From assembly GCA_965248055.1 (NCBI GenBank), contig CBDFIJ010000004.1, positions 1,568,001 through 1,632,000 of the forward strand: a stretch of DNA of 64,000 nt, read 5' to 3'. A model generated the notes under the pieces. It had not been told where the DNA came from. It worked only from the letters and a program-made list of their open reading frames with translations, and made no database searches. This DNA comes from Candidatus Multivoradales bacterium (GTDB taxonomy: Bacteria > Acidobacteriota > Thermoanaerobaculia > Multivoradales > JAHEKO01). Shown here in pieces: positions 13,076-23,620 of the stretch. How positions within the stretch are numbered: position 1 is the stretch's first letter; every line of letters begins with the position of its first letter. The position numbers were made by a program, and so were the translations under genes.

Positions 13076-14507
13076 CACCGTTGGCGTTTCCCTGACCAGC
13101 TTCTTGACCAACTTCTTGACCAGAACTCCACGCGAGCCCGGAGGGTGCCACCGTCGAATCAGCGACCACCTTGGGGACCGCAGTCCCTACGGGTACCAAT
13201 TCGTCCAGCGATCCCAGCCGCTCGGCGGTCTCTGGGGCCACCCGCAGAGTCAGATCGTCCTTGCGATCCATCGCCGCCAAGTCGTTGCGTACCTGCGACC
13301 GTAAGCAGCGAATCGAGGCGATCTTGCCGCGCCCACGACATACCGGGCACGAGCGTTGCGACTGATCAAAGTACGACACCCGCGACTGTTTCCGAGTCAG
13401 GTCGACCAAACCAAAGCGCGACATGCCCCCAACCAAAACCCGTTCCGGATCCTCACGGGCGGCTTCTCGCAAGTGGTCCAAGAGTTGCTCGCGATCCGAG
13501 GCACGACGCATATCGATAAAGTCGATCACGATTAGTCCGCCCAATCCTCGCACTCGAACCTGACGGCAGATCTCGCCCGCCGCTTCAAGGTTGGTGGTCA
13601 AAGCCAACTCCTCGAAATCGGTACCACCGGTATCACTGCCGCTGTTGACGTCGATGGCCACCAGCGCCTCGGTGGTCTCGATCACCACCGACCCACCGGA
13701 GGGCAAAGGCACCCAAGGCTTGTGCAGCTTGGCGATTTCGGTTTCCAACCCGCGGTCAACAAACAGCGACATCGAAGATGGGTCCAATTCCATGTTCGAC
13801 AGCTCTTCGGCGTTGCGCTGCAACCAATCTCCCACCGAGTCACAGGCAGGACCGTGGACGACAATTCGACTCAGGTCAGCCAAGTCGCGGATTGCTCGAA
13901 TCGCTAAATTTGGCTCCGAATACAAACAATGGGGATGCTTGGATGAGCGATAGCCCTCGACGACCGCCTTCCACTGATCGACCAAGAAATTAGCTTGCTT
14001 GGTAAATTGATGTCGACCGGCGTCTGCAGCGGCTGTGCGCACGATCCAGCCATAGTCTTCGGCCATCGGCCCTAAAGCTTCCGTGAGGTCTTCCCGGGTA
14101 CGTTCGCCATTTTCGATTTTGCGCGAAACGCCGACTCCATCGCCGGTTGGCAACAACACCAGGAGTCTTCCGGCGAGGGAGATCCGAGTGGTGACCCGCG
14201 GACCTTTGCCCCACAGATCACGAGTCACCTGAATCAGAATCTTTTCCCCGGGTGCCACCAGATCACGGATATCTTCCGACGGATCAGAGCTCAAGTCGTC
14301 CAAGTGCAGAAAAGCGTCTCTCTCGATCCCAATATTGAGAAATGCGCAAGCCATCGCCGGAACCACGCGCCGTACCTTGCCGAGGAAAATCGAGCCGACC
14401 AAACTCGGCTGGTCCTGAGATTCTCGCTCGAGTAGCACCAGCCGACCGTCCTGCCTCAAGGCCGACCGGAACTCGAAGGAGTCGCTTTCGATAAACAGTT
14501 CGCGCAA
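13056..14507 (-). CDS. rng: Rne/Rng family ribonuclease (RNase G-like)
   Basis: S1 domain, IDVNSG, GGLIVIDFIDM, CPVCRGRG; follows rodA. Confidence 0.92.
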   Translation of the reverse strand: MRELFIESDSFEFRSALRQDGRLVLLERESQDQPSLVGSIFLGKVRRVVPAMACAFLNIGIERDAFLHLDDLSSDPSEDIRDLVAPGEKILIQVTRDLWGKGPRVTTRISLAGRLLVLLPTGDGVGVSRKIENGERTREDLTEALGPMAEDYGWIVRTAAADAGRHQFTKQANFLVDQWKAVVEGYRSSKHPHCLYSEPNLAIRAIRDLADLSRIVVHGPACDSVGDWLQRNAEELSNMELDPSSMSLFVDRGLETEIAKLHKPWVPLPSGGSVVIETTEALVAIDVNSGSDTGGTDFEELALTTNLEAAGEICRQVRVRGLGGLIVIDFIDMRRASDREQLLDHLREAAREDPERVLVGGMSRFGLVDLTRKQSRVSYFDQSQRSCPVCRGRGKIASIRCLRSQVRNDLAAMDRKDDLTLRVAPETAERLGSLDELVPVGTAVPKVVADSTVAPSGLAWSSGQEVGQEAGQGNANGDGQQDS

Positions 14508-14523
14508 GCTATTCAGAGTGTCT

Positions 14524-15627
14524 TTAGAGGTTGGCGTAACGGCGAAAGTCTATCCCGAGGATGATCCCCAAGGAGACCAAATTGGCGAGCAAAAACGACC
14601 CCCCGTACGACAAGAACGGCAGTGGAATACCGGTAATCGGCAACCAGCCAATCACCATTGCGGTGTTGTAAACCACGTGCGAAGCCAGCACCCCAATCAG
14701 CCCCACCACCAGCAGCATCCCAGTTCGGTCCGCTGCCCGCTGAGCAACGGTCAACAGGGCAGAGAACAACAGCCCATAGAGAACCATGACCGCACCCACC
14801 CCCAGAAATCCCCATTCCTCAGCCAGCACCGCCAGGATGAAGTCGGTGTGGCGAGCGGGCAAGAAGCGAAGCTGGCTCTGGGTTCCTTGCATGTAACCGC
14901 GACCCGTAATCTGCCCGGAACCCACCGCGATTCGACTCTGCTGCAGTTGATAACCAGCACCCAGAGGATCCTCGGATTGCGACATGAACGACAGAACTCG
15001 TTGGCGTTGATAGTCCCGAAGACCATAATTCCACATCAAGGGCACCGAGATTGCGAACAAGACAATCAGCGTAACCACCGATCGCCGCCGCAAACCGGCG
15101 ACCACCACCACCGCACCGAGCATCGGGAAAAACATCGCAGCACTACCAAGGTCTCGCTGCAGAATAATCAGGATCACCGGTACACCGACAATCAACGTTG
15201 CGGCTCCAAGATCTCGCCAAGTCAATCTCGATTCCTCACTCTGGGCAAGACGACGGGCAAGCATCACCGCAGCCGCGATTTTTGCCAGTTCACTGGGCTG
15301 ACCCCCGAAACTGCCCACGCCAATCCAACTGCGCGCCCCGCCGGCCTCTTGCCCGGCAACCAACACCAACAACAACAAAGCCTGGCTCAGAAGATAGAGT
15401 GGCCAAGCGAATCGAGCGAGGAAGCGGTGGTCTACTCCGATGGCGAAGGCACACGCCAAAATGCCCACCACCAACCACAGTGCCTGGCGAGGCACAAAAT
15501 CTACCGACAGTTCTGCCGTGGCGCTGCCAATGGTGACAATTCCTACCGTCACCAACGACACGGCGAACAACAACACTACCCAGTGAACTCCCGAAAGACG
15601 ACCCGCTAAGTCTCTTTTCTCAGCCAT
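14524..15627 (-). CDS. rodA: Rod shape-determining protein RodA (SEDS)
   Basis: GARSWI, QPSELAK, HTDFI, GIPLPFLSYGGS. Confidence 0.95.
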   Translation of the reverse strand: MAEKRDLAGRLSGVHWVVLLFAVSLVTVGIVTIGSATAELSVDFVPRQALWLVVGILACAFAIGVDHRFLARFAWPLYLLSQALLLLVLVAGQEAGGARSWIGVGSFGGQPSELAKIAAAVMLARRLAQSEESRLTWRDLGAATLIVGVPVILIILQRDLGSAAMFFPMLGAVVVVAGLRRRSVVTLIVLFAISVPLMWNYGLRDYQRQRVLSFMSQSEDPLGAGYQLQQSRIAVGSGQITGRGYMQGTQSQLRFLPARHTDFILAVLAEEWGFLGVGAVMVLYGLLFSALLTVAQRAADRTGMLLVVGLIGVLASHVVYNTAMVIGWLPITGIPLPFLSYGGSFLLANLVSLGIILGIDFRRYANL

Positions 15628-17359
15628 TGAAATACCGCTCATGGATCGCTCGCGCGATCGGCGCCGCAGCCTGAGACCCAGCGCCCCCGTGCTCAACAAA
15701 GGCCACCACTACCAACTGCGGATCGTCAATCGGCGCAAACGAGGCAAACCATGAATGATCTCGATGCTCGGCCCGCAGGTCTTCGTTGCTGGTCCAGGTG
15801 ACTTGTTCGACAACCTGCACAGTGGCCGTTTTTCCAGCAATCGCCACCAGTTCCGAGCGGGCCGAACGCCCGGTGCCATCCTCAACCACCGCGCCAAGAG
15901 CCTCTCGAATCAATCGAAGGTGTTCCTTATTGAGTTGGGTCGATTGTGGATCGACGTTCGCCTGATTGGAGAGGTGCAGTGTTGGCAGATCGCCCTCGGT
16001 GGCAATGACCGCCATCATGCGTGCAATCTGGACCGGCGATGTGAGAATCGGCCCCTGCCCAATCACCACAGAAACCGTTTCTCCGGGATACCAAGGTTCC
16101 TTCCGAGCACTGCGCTTCCAACTCCTATCGGGAACCAATCCAGTGGTTTCGGTGGGCAGATCGATTCCGGTCGGCGAGCCCAAACCAAAGCGCCGCGCGT
16201 AGGCAGCGAGAACGTCGATGTCCAACTGCTTGGCTAGGTCGTAAAAGTAGACATCGCACGATTCCTCGATTGCCGATTTGAGGTTGACCCATCCATGACC
16301 CGGGCGATACCAACAACGGGTACGACGCCCGTAGAGCACTGCCGACCCGGAACAATAGACCTTACTTTGCGGTGTAATCAACCGCTCTCCCAAGCCCGCC
16401 GCCGCCGACACCACCTTAAAAACCGAACCCGGAGAATAAGCACTCTGGACCGCTCGATCCTGCAGCGGATTGTGTGGTGCAGTGGTCAACTCGGTCCACG
16501 CCTGTTGATTCAGACGACGAGAGAATATGTTTGGGTCGTAGCTGGGGGTACTGACCATAGCGCGCACTGCACCGTCGCGTGGATCCATGGCAACCACCAC
16601 TCCGACGCGATCCCCCAGCAACTCCTGGGCTAACTGCTGGAGCTCCAGGTCGATCTCAAGGCGTAATTTGAGCCCGGTCTGAGGACTCCTTCTCGACTGT
16701 TCGTCCTGCAGGCGCCCGCGGCTATCAACAATGACGCGGCGCTCTCCTGGCTGTCCTCTCAGTTGTTCATCGTAGGTGCGCTCAACCCCGGTCCGACCCA
16801 ACTGATCGACCCCTCGTAAATTAGACCTAGAAGCCAAATCTCGCTCGGTTGGATCTCCAAGGTAGCCGATCAGATGGGCGGAATTGGGCCCCTGTCGATA
16901 GAGCCGACGCCGACCCACTTCGACCGTAAGATCTGGATAGTTCCCCCACGAAGCCTCAACGCGGGCCACTTGATCCAAGCCCAAGTCCTCAGCGATTAGC
17001 CGCTCACCCCCAGAAAAACGCCATCGTTCCGCATCGGGACTCAGCTCATTGCCAAGCAACGAGGTGACGAAAACTAGACTGGCAGCTGGGTCGCTAGCTG
17101 ACTCTGGGCTCCACCGAAGTTCATAGACCGGAACCGTCTCCGCCAAAACCCGGTTGTGGCGATCGACGATTTGGCCTCGGAGGGGGTCCAACGTCTCCCG
17201 TCGCAAGGAGTTGCGGAAGGCGAGTTGGCGGTACTCCTCGCCATGGATTAGTTGCAAGTCCCAGTAACCAGCAACAATGATCGCCAGTGCACTCAGAAAC
17301 ACCCATCGCACCAGCCGAACGCGGTTGGAGAATTCCGCTTTTTCAACTCGAGCCCGCAT
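15620..17359 (-). CDS. mrdA: Penicillin-binding protein 2
   Basis: PGSVFK (SxxK), SCDVYFY, AGKTAT. ATG at 17359 is coupled to the mreD stop. Confidence 0.95.
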   Translation of the reverse strand: MRARVEKAEFSNRVRLVRWVFLSALAIIVAGYWDLQLIHGEEYRQLAFRNSLRRETLDPLRGQIVDRHNRVLAETVPVYELRWSPESASDPAASLVFVTSLLGNELSPDAERWRFSGGERLIAEDLGLDQVARVEASWGNYPDLTVEVGRRRLYRQGPNSAHLIGYLGDPTERDLASRSNLRGVDQLGRTGVERTYDEQLRGQPGERRVIVDSRGRLQDEQSRRSPQTGLKLRLEIDLELQQLAQELLGDRVGVVVAMDPRDGAVRAMVSTPSYDPNIFSRRLNQQAWTELTTAPHNPLQDRAVQSAYSPGSVFKVVSAAAGLGERLITPQSKVYCSGSAVLYGRRTRCWYRPGHGWVNLKSAIEESCDVYFYDLAKQLDIDVLAAYARRFGLGSPTGIDLPTETTGLVPDRSWKRSARKEPWYPGETVSVVIGQGPILTSPVQIARMMAVIATEGDLPTLHLSNQANVDPQSTQLNKEHLRLIREALGAVVEDGTGRSARSELVAIAGKTATVQVVEQVTWTSNEDLRAEHRDHSWFASFAPIDDPQLVVVAFVEHGGAGSQAAAPIARAIHERYFNG

Positions 17360-17877
17360 TAGAGGCGTAGCCTCCCGCGATCCCGGCGTCTGCGCCATCC
17401 ACCAAACAACAACCCGGCATGCCCTACAACGCGGGTCATCCAGACCAGTAGCGCGGAAGTTACGACCACCGCCGGAAGAATCCACCACACCAAGGTTGGT
17501 GTTCCCGCGACAAATAGCGCTCGCAAACCCATCACTAGCAAACGTTCCAACAAGGCGCCACTGGCAGCCAAGAACACCGCCGAGAACATCGTCATTTCAG
17601 CGACTCGACTGGCGGCGAGTCCGACTCCGTAGCCACAGAGTGTCAGGGCAAATCCGTGCAGACCGAAGGGATCCCCAGAGATCGCGTCAGCGACAATCCC
17701 TGCAACCAGACCGGTCAGCATCCCTTCAAGTTGGCCGCCTTTGATCCCCGCAGCGAGCGTGATCACCAGGAATAGATCAAAACCTGGAGCGACGGTTGGA
17801 AACATGCTCCAGGCAACGAAATGACCAATTGCCGCCAACAACAGATAGACCATCGAGACAATTAACCTTTTCCTCAT
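17359..17877 (-). CDS. mreD: Rod shape-determining protein MreD
   Basis: Hydrophobic 172 aa protein between mreC and mrdA. Confidence 0.85.
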   Translation of the reverse strand: MRKRLIVSMVYLLLAAIGHFVAWSMFPTVAPGFDLFLVITLAAGIKGGQLEGMLTGLVAGIVADAISGDPFGLHGFALTLCGYGVGLAASRVAEMTMFSAVFLAASGALLERLLVMGLRALFVAGTPTLVWWILPAVVVTSALLVWMTRVVGHAGLLFGGWRRRRDRGRLRL

Positions 17878-18719
17878 TGCGGCTCCTGCGCCGGAAACAC
17901 CGAAGCTTCGGTCACCGGTTCGCCGCCCAGCAGCAACACCATCTCCAAGGTCGAAAAATCGACCAATGGCCGCAGTCCGATGCGGAGCAAAAGGTCCTCG
18001 GTTTCTTGGACGCTGACAACTTCTCCAACGCGCAACCCGCGTGGAAAAACACCATCGATCCCGGCGGTGACGACCTGATCCCCTAACCGCACATCGCTAC
18101 CGCGCGGAATGTACTCCAATGTCAACCGGGACCGTCCGCCGCCACGAATCACTCCTTGTCGACGGGTGCGTTCGATCATGCCACCCATCGCGTGGTCCAA
18201 GTCTGTCAAGGGCTGCACTTTGGCGTAGGGGCCAGCTCCACCAACAATACGCCCGACAACTCCATCAACCACCAGCACCGGCTGACCCGTGCGCCAACGA
18301 TTTCTTGGTGCCCGCACGATCCAAGACGGAGAGGCAGATCGGTCGTCGCGAAAGACGATTTCGGCAGGAACCAGGTCGACCTCGGCACGATTCCGAAAGC
18401 CAACCGCTTCCTCCATTGCGCGAAGTCGACCCACGGAAGTCGATAAACGAAGGTTCTCTGTCTCCAATTGATCAACCCGCTGGGTAAGATCTTGATTGTC
18501 GAGCTTGAGTTGACGGCGGGTGCGCGTACCCCGACCAAAACCTGTCAATGCATCCCCAGTGCCATCAACCACATCGGCAATCGCACCGGCGACCAGCAGC
18601 GCACCGCGCTCGATCATCGCCGGGTCGCCGCCTTCAGCAGAAGACGACGGCAAACTGAGTAACAGAAGAAAGATCGCCAAGATCGTCGCTAGCAGCCAGC
18701 GGATCAGCCTTTCGTCCAC
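17874..18719 (-). CDS. mreC: Rod shape-determining protein MreC
   Basis: TM segment, coiled coil, GDQVVTAGIDGVFPRGLRVG. GTG start at 18719. Confidence 0.92.
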   Translation of the reverse strand: MDERLIRWLLATILAIFLLLLSLPSSSAEGGDPAMIERGALLVAGAIADVVDGTGDALTGFGRGTRTRRQLKLDNQDLTQRVDQLETENLRLSTSVGRLRAMEEAVGFRNRAEVDLVPAEIVFRDDRSASPSWIVRAPRNRWRTGQPVLVVDGVVGRIVGGAGPYAKVQPLTDLDHAMGGMIERTRRQGVIRGGGRSRLTLEYIPRGSDVRLGDQVVTAGIDGVFPRGLRVGEVVSVQETEDLLLRIGLRPLVDFSTLEMVLLLGGEPVTEASVFPAQEPQ

Positions 18720-18732
18720 AATCCCTGCTTTT

Positions 18733-19755
18733 TTAGGTGACCTGGACTTTACGTAGTAATTCGAGATCGTCCAGCATTTTTCCGGTGCCCAGAACAACGG
18801 CAGAAAGCGGGTCTTCAGAAACAATCACCGGCAGACCGGTATCGGAGCTAATACGCCGATCCAGTCCGCGCAGGAGTGCACCACCACCAGAAAGCACAAT
18901 TCCACGTTCCATGATGTCGGCAGAAAGTTCGGGGGGCGTTCGCTCCAGAGAACCGCGTACCGCCTCGACGATCACTGCCACCGGTTCGGCCAACGCGTCT
19001 CGAATTTCCTCTTCTGTCACCGTTTGCTGGCGAGGTACCCCGTCCACCAGGTCCCGACCTTTGATCGCCATTGTCCGCTCTTCGCCGTCGCGTGGAAACG
19101 CGGACCCCAACTCAACCTTGATCCGCTCGGCGGTGCGTTCGCCAATTGCCAGATTATGACGACGCTTCATATGCTGCATGATCGCGTCATCCATTTCGTT
19201 GCCAGCAATCCGCACCGAGCGAGAATCAACGATCCCAGACAGCGAAATCACCGCAACATCGGTGGTGCCACCGCCGATATCGACAATCATGTTCCCGGAA
19301 GCCTCGGTGATCGGCAAGTCGGCTCCAACTGCCGCCATCATCGCCTGCTCCACCAAATAGACCTGAGAGGCTCCCGCTTTTTGCGCAGAGTCATGAACCG
19401 CTCGCCGTTCCACCTGAGTAATCTCCGACGGCACACCGATCACTACTCGCGAGTACATTTTGTGCCCGTGGGCCTTGCGAATCAGGTGTTGGAGCATCCG
19501 TTCGGTGATCTCAAAATCTGCGATCACTCCATCTTTCAATGGCCGAATGGACTCGATGTTCCCCGGCGTTCGGCCGAGCATCTCTTTGGCTTCGGAACCA
19601 ATCGCTTCAATGCGGTTGGTTTTCTTGTTCACCACCACCACCGAAGGCTCACGCACCACGATGCCTTTGTTGCGGGCGTAGATCAGAGTATTCGCAGTGC
19701 CTAAGTCAACAGCTAGGTCACTGGAAAACAAACGCAAAAGTGAAGATAGAGCCAT
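18733..19755 (-). CDS. mreB: Actin-like protein MreB
   Basis: DLGTANT, VDIGGGTTD, GIVLSGGGALL. Confidence 0.97.
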   Translation of the reverse strand: MALSSLLRLFSSDLAVDLGTANTLIYARNKGIVVREPSVVVVNKKTNRIEAIGSEAKEMLGRTPGNIESIRPLKDGVIADFEITERMLQHLIRKAHGHKMYSRVVIGVPSEITQVERRAVHDSAQKAGASQVYLVEQAMMAAVGADLPITEASGNMIVDIGGGTTDVAVISLSGIVDSRSVRIAGNEMDDAIMQHMKRRHNLAIGERTAERIKVELGSAFPRDGEERTMAIKGRDLVDGVPRQQTVTEEEIRDALAEPVAVIVEAVRGSLERTPPELSADIMERGIVLSGGGALLRGLDRRISSDTGLPVIVSEDPLSAVVLGTGKMLDDLELLRKVQVT

Positions 19756-19944
19756 AAAGAGATTCCGCTGCCGGTCGTAGAACCTGGGTACTTTCGAAGT
19801 GGCGTACTTGCGAAGTGGCTGTCGCCAGCCCACCCCCCGAGAGATCGAAAATATAGCACACAAAAATGGGCATTTTGTTGGCCTATCGAGCCTACCTCCG
19901 GTAGAGTTGGTGGTTCGGGCGCACTCGCCCGTAGGGGTATTTCT

Positions 19945-21882
19945 ATGCTACGAGTTCTTCGCGACAACCTCCGATACTTATCCTGGATTCTCTGGGCGGT
20001 TATCTTAATATTCGTCTTCTTCGTATTCGCCGAATGGGGAGGCGCAGGCCAAGGACTCCAGGGCGGACAGGCGGTGGCGTTGAAAGTGGATGGCGAAGTC
20101 ATCACCTTTCCTGAATTGGATCGCGCCCATCGCAATCTTCAGCAGACCTACGGCCGCCTCTATGGTGGACAGATTCCTGCCGAGATCGCCCAACGCTTGC
20201 AGTTGCCAGTGCAGGCGGTTCAGCAACTCGTCCGTCAACGGTTGATGGTGCAAGAGGCCAACGCCGCCGGCTTGGTCATCAGTGATCAAGAGCTGGGCGA
20301 GAGGATGCTCGAACTGCCGGTCTTTCGCAACCCGTCCGGTGAGTACATCGGCGACGAAAACTACCAACAGGCTGTCCGTTCTCTGGGCTATCCCAGCCCC
20401 AAGAATTTCGAGGCAGCATTTCGCCAGGACCTCTTGGTAGAAAAGCTCACGTCGATGATGCGCGACACGGTCGATATCACCGAAGAGTCGGTGGAAACTA
20501 CCTATCGTCGCGAGCAAGAGAGCGCCCGCATTGACTACTTATTGCTCGATTCGAATCGATTCCTGACCGGACTCGATGCTCAAGATAATGAGCTGGAAGC
20601 CTTTTTCGCAGCCAACACCGAAGACTTTCGCATTCCGGAAAAACGCGTGGTTCGCTATCTGCTGGTCGATCCAGCCGAGATTCGCAATACGCTGGCAATT
20701 GACGATGCCCAGGTGGAAGCCGATTTTCAAGCCAACGCCGATGAGTATCGACGCGAAGAGCGGGTCCGTGCGCGGCAAATCTTGTTACTCATCGGTAACT
20801 CGCGCGACGCAGAGCAAGCGCGCGCCGAGCTCACCGCTCTACAAGGACAGATTCAGGCGGGCGCCGACTTTGCCGAACTAGCGACCCTTTACTCAGAAGA
20901 TCCAGCGAGCAAAGACAACGGCGGAGACATGGGCTACTTCGCCCGCGGTGAGATCCTGCCGGAAGTCGAGAATGTTGCTTTCGCCAGCACTCCGGGAGAA
21001 GTTGTGGGGCCGATCCAGACTTCCTTCGGTCTGCATCTGATCGAAGTACTCGACAAACAGGCCGGAGGCTTGCCACCATTTGAAGAAATTAAAGAACAGG
21101 TGCGAGGACGGATGCTCAATGAGCGAGCGGTTCAGGTCGCAGCGGAAAAGGCGGCAGCCCTGGCAACGGCAGCCACCAGTGACGATGACACCGGCTCCGC
21201 CTGGGCCGCAACCGCTGAAAACGAAACTGGCGTTTCCTACACCGAATCATCTCCCTTCGGGCGCACTGAGCCAATACCCGGACTGGGCTTTTCCCCGCAA
21301 TTTGCCGACACTGCGTTTTCTCTGGAGGCGGGCACTCCTTCCGGCGCGATCCCCATCGGCCAAGCCTGGGCGATTCTGGATCTAGTGCGCATCGACCCAC
21401 CGCGCATCCCTGAACTTAGCGAAGTGCAAGCTGCAGTGCGAAATCAATTTCTGCAAAGCCGCTCACTGGAACTCGCTGTCAAGCGTCTGGATGGAGCTCG
21501 CACTGCAGTCGAAGGAGGACGTCCTCTGAAACGTGTCGCTGGTGATCTGAACATTGAAGTCAGCGCTTCGGAGTCCTTCAACCGCGACGGAAACCTGGGA
21601 GATCTAGGCCAACCCGACGCCTTGATCGAGGCGGCGCTCACTGGCTCTGAAGGGGACTTGGTCGGTCCCTTTGAAACCTCCAACGGCGCAGTCTTGGCCA
21701 GAGTCGCCGAACGCGTCCAGTTCGATCGCGAAGCCTACCTCCAAGCACGAGACCAAACCGAGCAACAACTGCGTGAAGAACAGGCCTCGCGTCTCTTGGA
21801 ATCGTTGATTTCGCGGCGTCAAGGAATGGCCGACATCGATTACAGCCCAGACCTGAATGCGCAACTCGAAAATCTAGGTTAG
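19945..21882 (+). CDS. ppiD: PpiD/SurA-type periplasmic chaperone and peptidyl-prolyl isomerase
   Basis: N-terminal TM anchor, SurA-N domain, parvulin domain (FAELATLYSED..GGDMG..FGLHLI). Confidence 0.88.
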   Translation: MLRVLRDNLRYLSWILWAVILIFVFFVFAEWGGAGQGLQGGQAVALKVDGEVITFPELDRAHRNLQQTYGRLYGGQIPAEIAQRLQLPVQAVQQLVRQRLMVQEANAAGLVISDQELGERMLELPVFRNPSGEYIGDENYQQAVRSLGYPSPKNFEAAFRQDLLVEKLTSMMRDTVDITEESVETTYRREQESARIDYLLLDSNRFLTGLDAQDNELEAFFAANTEDFRIPEKRVVRYLLVDPAEIRNTLAIDDAQVEADFQANADEYRREERVRARQILLLIGNSRDAEQARAELTALQGQIQAGADFAELATLYSEDPASKDNGGDMGYFARGEILPEVENVAFASTPGEVVGPIQTSFGLHLIEVLDKQAGGLPPFEEIKEQVRGRMLNERAVQVAAEKAAALATAATSDDDTGSAWAATAENETGVSYTESSPFGRTEPIPGLGFSPQFADTAFSLEAGTPSGAIPIGQAWAILDLVRIDPPRIPELSEVQAAVRNQFLQSRSLELAVKRLDGARTAVEGGRPLKRVAGDLNIEVSASESFNRDGNLGDLGQPDALIEAALTGSEGDLVGPFETSNGAVLARVAERVQFDREAYLQARDQTEQQLREEQASRLLESLISRRQGMADIDYSPDLNAQLENLG

Positions 21883-21892
21883 CTCCGAGCTG

Positions 21893-22486
21893 ATGATCGG
21901 TCACCTGCACGGAACCATCGTCGAGTGCAGCCCCGATGCGGTTGTGCTTGACGTCAACGGCGTTGGCTACCAGCTTGAAGTGCCTCTGTCGACCTACTAC
22001 GAGGTCGAGAAACTGGGCCTGGAGCAGGCGGTCACACTACAAGTCCGCACCTATCTGCGAGACGACCGGATCACTCTGTACGGATTTTGGAATGGACGCG
22101 AACGAGATCTGTTTGAACGCTTAATCGGTGTCTCCAAGATCGGACCTAAAGTGGCACTCGGAATTCTCTCTGGGCTGCCGGCAGACGAGCTTCTGAGCGC
22201 GTTGGCATCGGGCGACGTAGTCCGGCTATCTCGAATTCCTCGCGTTGGCAAGAAAACCGCTGAACGATTGGTGCTGGAACTGAAGGACAAGGTCGCCGAC
22301 CTGGCCAAAGGGCTGACACCAGTCGCTGCACCCAGCGACAGTGACGACTTGGTGATGGCCTTGCTCGGACTGGGTTACAAACGACGAGAGGCTGAGCAAG
22401 CTGCGGATGTGGTTCGCGAGAGAGCGGAGGACTCCCCGTTTCATGAGCAACTACGCCTGGCGTTGAGTCAGTTGTCGCGCACATAG
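21893..22486 (+). CDS. ruvA: Holliday junction branch migration protein RuvA
   Basis: MIGHLHG, VNGVGY, IGPKVAL, VGKKTAERLVLELKDK. Confidence 0.97.
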   Translation: MIGHLHGTIVECSPDAVVLDVNGVGYQLEVPLSTYYEVEKLGLEQAVTLQVRTYLRDDRITLYGFWNGRERDLFERLIGVSKIGPKVALGILSGLPADELLSALASGDVVRLSRIPRVGKKTAERLVLELKDKVADLAKGLTPVAAPSDSDDLVMALLGLGYKRREAEQAADVVRERAEDSPFHEQLRLALSQLSRT

Positions 22487-22579
22487 AGTCGTATTCCGAA
22501 AGCAAACCAACGCCGACAAAGACACAAACCGATCTTTTTCGAGATCACAACGTCTGCTTTCCATACAACCCCGTTTACA

Positions 22580-23617
22580 ATGGCCTCGATGAGAGACGAT
22601 CCCGGGCTGCTAGCTCCGACTCCGGACATCGAGGACGAACGCTTTGAACAGTCGTTGCGACCGCATGTTCTGGATGAATATGTCGGGCAAACAAAGATCG
22701 TCAACAATCTCAAGGTCTTCATCCAGGCGGCGAGGGGTCGGCGAGAAAGCCTCGATCACGTCCTGTTGTTCGGTCCTCCTGGGCTGGGCAAAACCACCTT
22801 GGCACACATCATCGGCCACGAAATGGGGGCTCCCTTGCGCTCGACCTCTGGACCGGTACTGGAGCGTGCCGGAGACTTGGCGGCCATTCTCACCAACCTG
22901 GAACCCGGTCAAGTTCTGTTCATTGACGAGATTCACCGTCTCGGTCCGACGGTAGAGGAGATCCTCTATCCAGCTCTGGAAGACTTTCAACTGGATTTGA
23001 TGATCGGGCAAGGACCGACTGCCCGCAGCGTCAAGGTCGACCTGCCACCGTTCACCTTAGTCGGCGCGACCACGCGAGCCGGACTGATCACCTCACCACT
23101 GCGCGCACGGTTCGGCATTGTTCATCGACTGGACTTTTACGCTCCTCAGGAACTGGCTGAAATCGCCACGCGCTCAGCCAAAATTCTCGACATCCCCACC
23201 GATCGGGAAGGTGCAGTTGAAATTGCCCGCAGAAGTCGAGGCACCCCGCGTATCGCCAATCGCTTGCTGCGGCGAGTCCGCGACTTTGCCGAAGTACAGG
23301 GCGAGGGAACCATCAATTTGGACATGGCGGTAAGCGCTCTCGAAGCACTGGAAGTGGACCAATTCGGCTTTGACGAAGTAGACCGCAAAGTCTTGACAGT
23401 CTTGATCCAGCAATACCAAGGCGGCCCGGCGGGGATCCGCGCCTTGGCGGCGGCAATCGGGGAAGACCGGGGAACCTTGGAAGACCTCTACGAACCCTTC
23501 TTGATCCAGGAGGGTTTCATACAGCGAACACCGCGCGGTCGGGTGGCTACGCGGCGCGCCTACGAACACCTTGGTTTTGCTCCCCCCGCTGGAACCGGTG
23601 GGGCGACCTTGTTTTAA
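22580..23617 (+). CDS. ruvB: Holliday junction helicase RuvB
   Basis: [31 protein letters not shown]. Confidence 0.98.
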   Translation: MASMRDDPGLLAPTPDIEDERFEQSLRPHVLDEYVGQTKIVNNLKVFIQAARGRRESLDHVLLFGPPGLGKTTLAHIIGHEMGAPLRSTSGPVLERAGDLAAILTNLEPGQVLFIDEIHRLGPTVEEILYPALEDFQLDLMIGQGPTARSVKVDLPPFTLVGATTRAGLITSPLRARFGIVHRLDFYAPQELAEIATRSAKILDIPTDREGAVEIARRSRGTPRIANRLLRRVRDFAEVQGEGTINLDMAVSALEALEVDQFGFDEVDRKVLTVLIQQYQGGPAGIRALAAAIGEDRGTLEDLYEPFLIQEGFIQRTPRGRVATRRAYEHLGFAPPAGTGGATLF

Positions 23618-23620
23618 CCT

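Noticed and set aside
14518-15609. Long antisense ORFs (363 aa here; also 30700-31746 and 24663-25445)
   Set aside because: They lie opposite well-supported genes and are typical stop-poor antisense frames in GC-rich DNA.
21893-23617. ruvAB without adjacent ruvC
   Set aside because: ruvC is often unlinked; this cannot be judged from one window.
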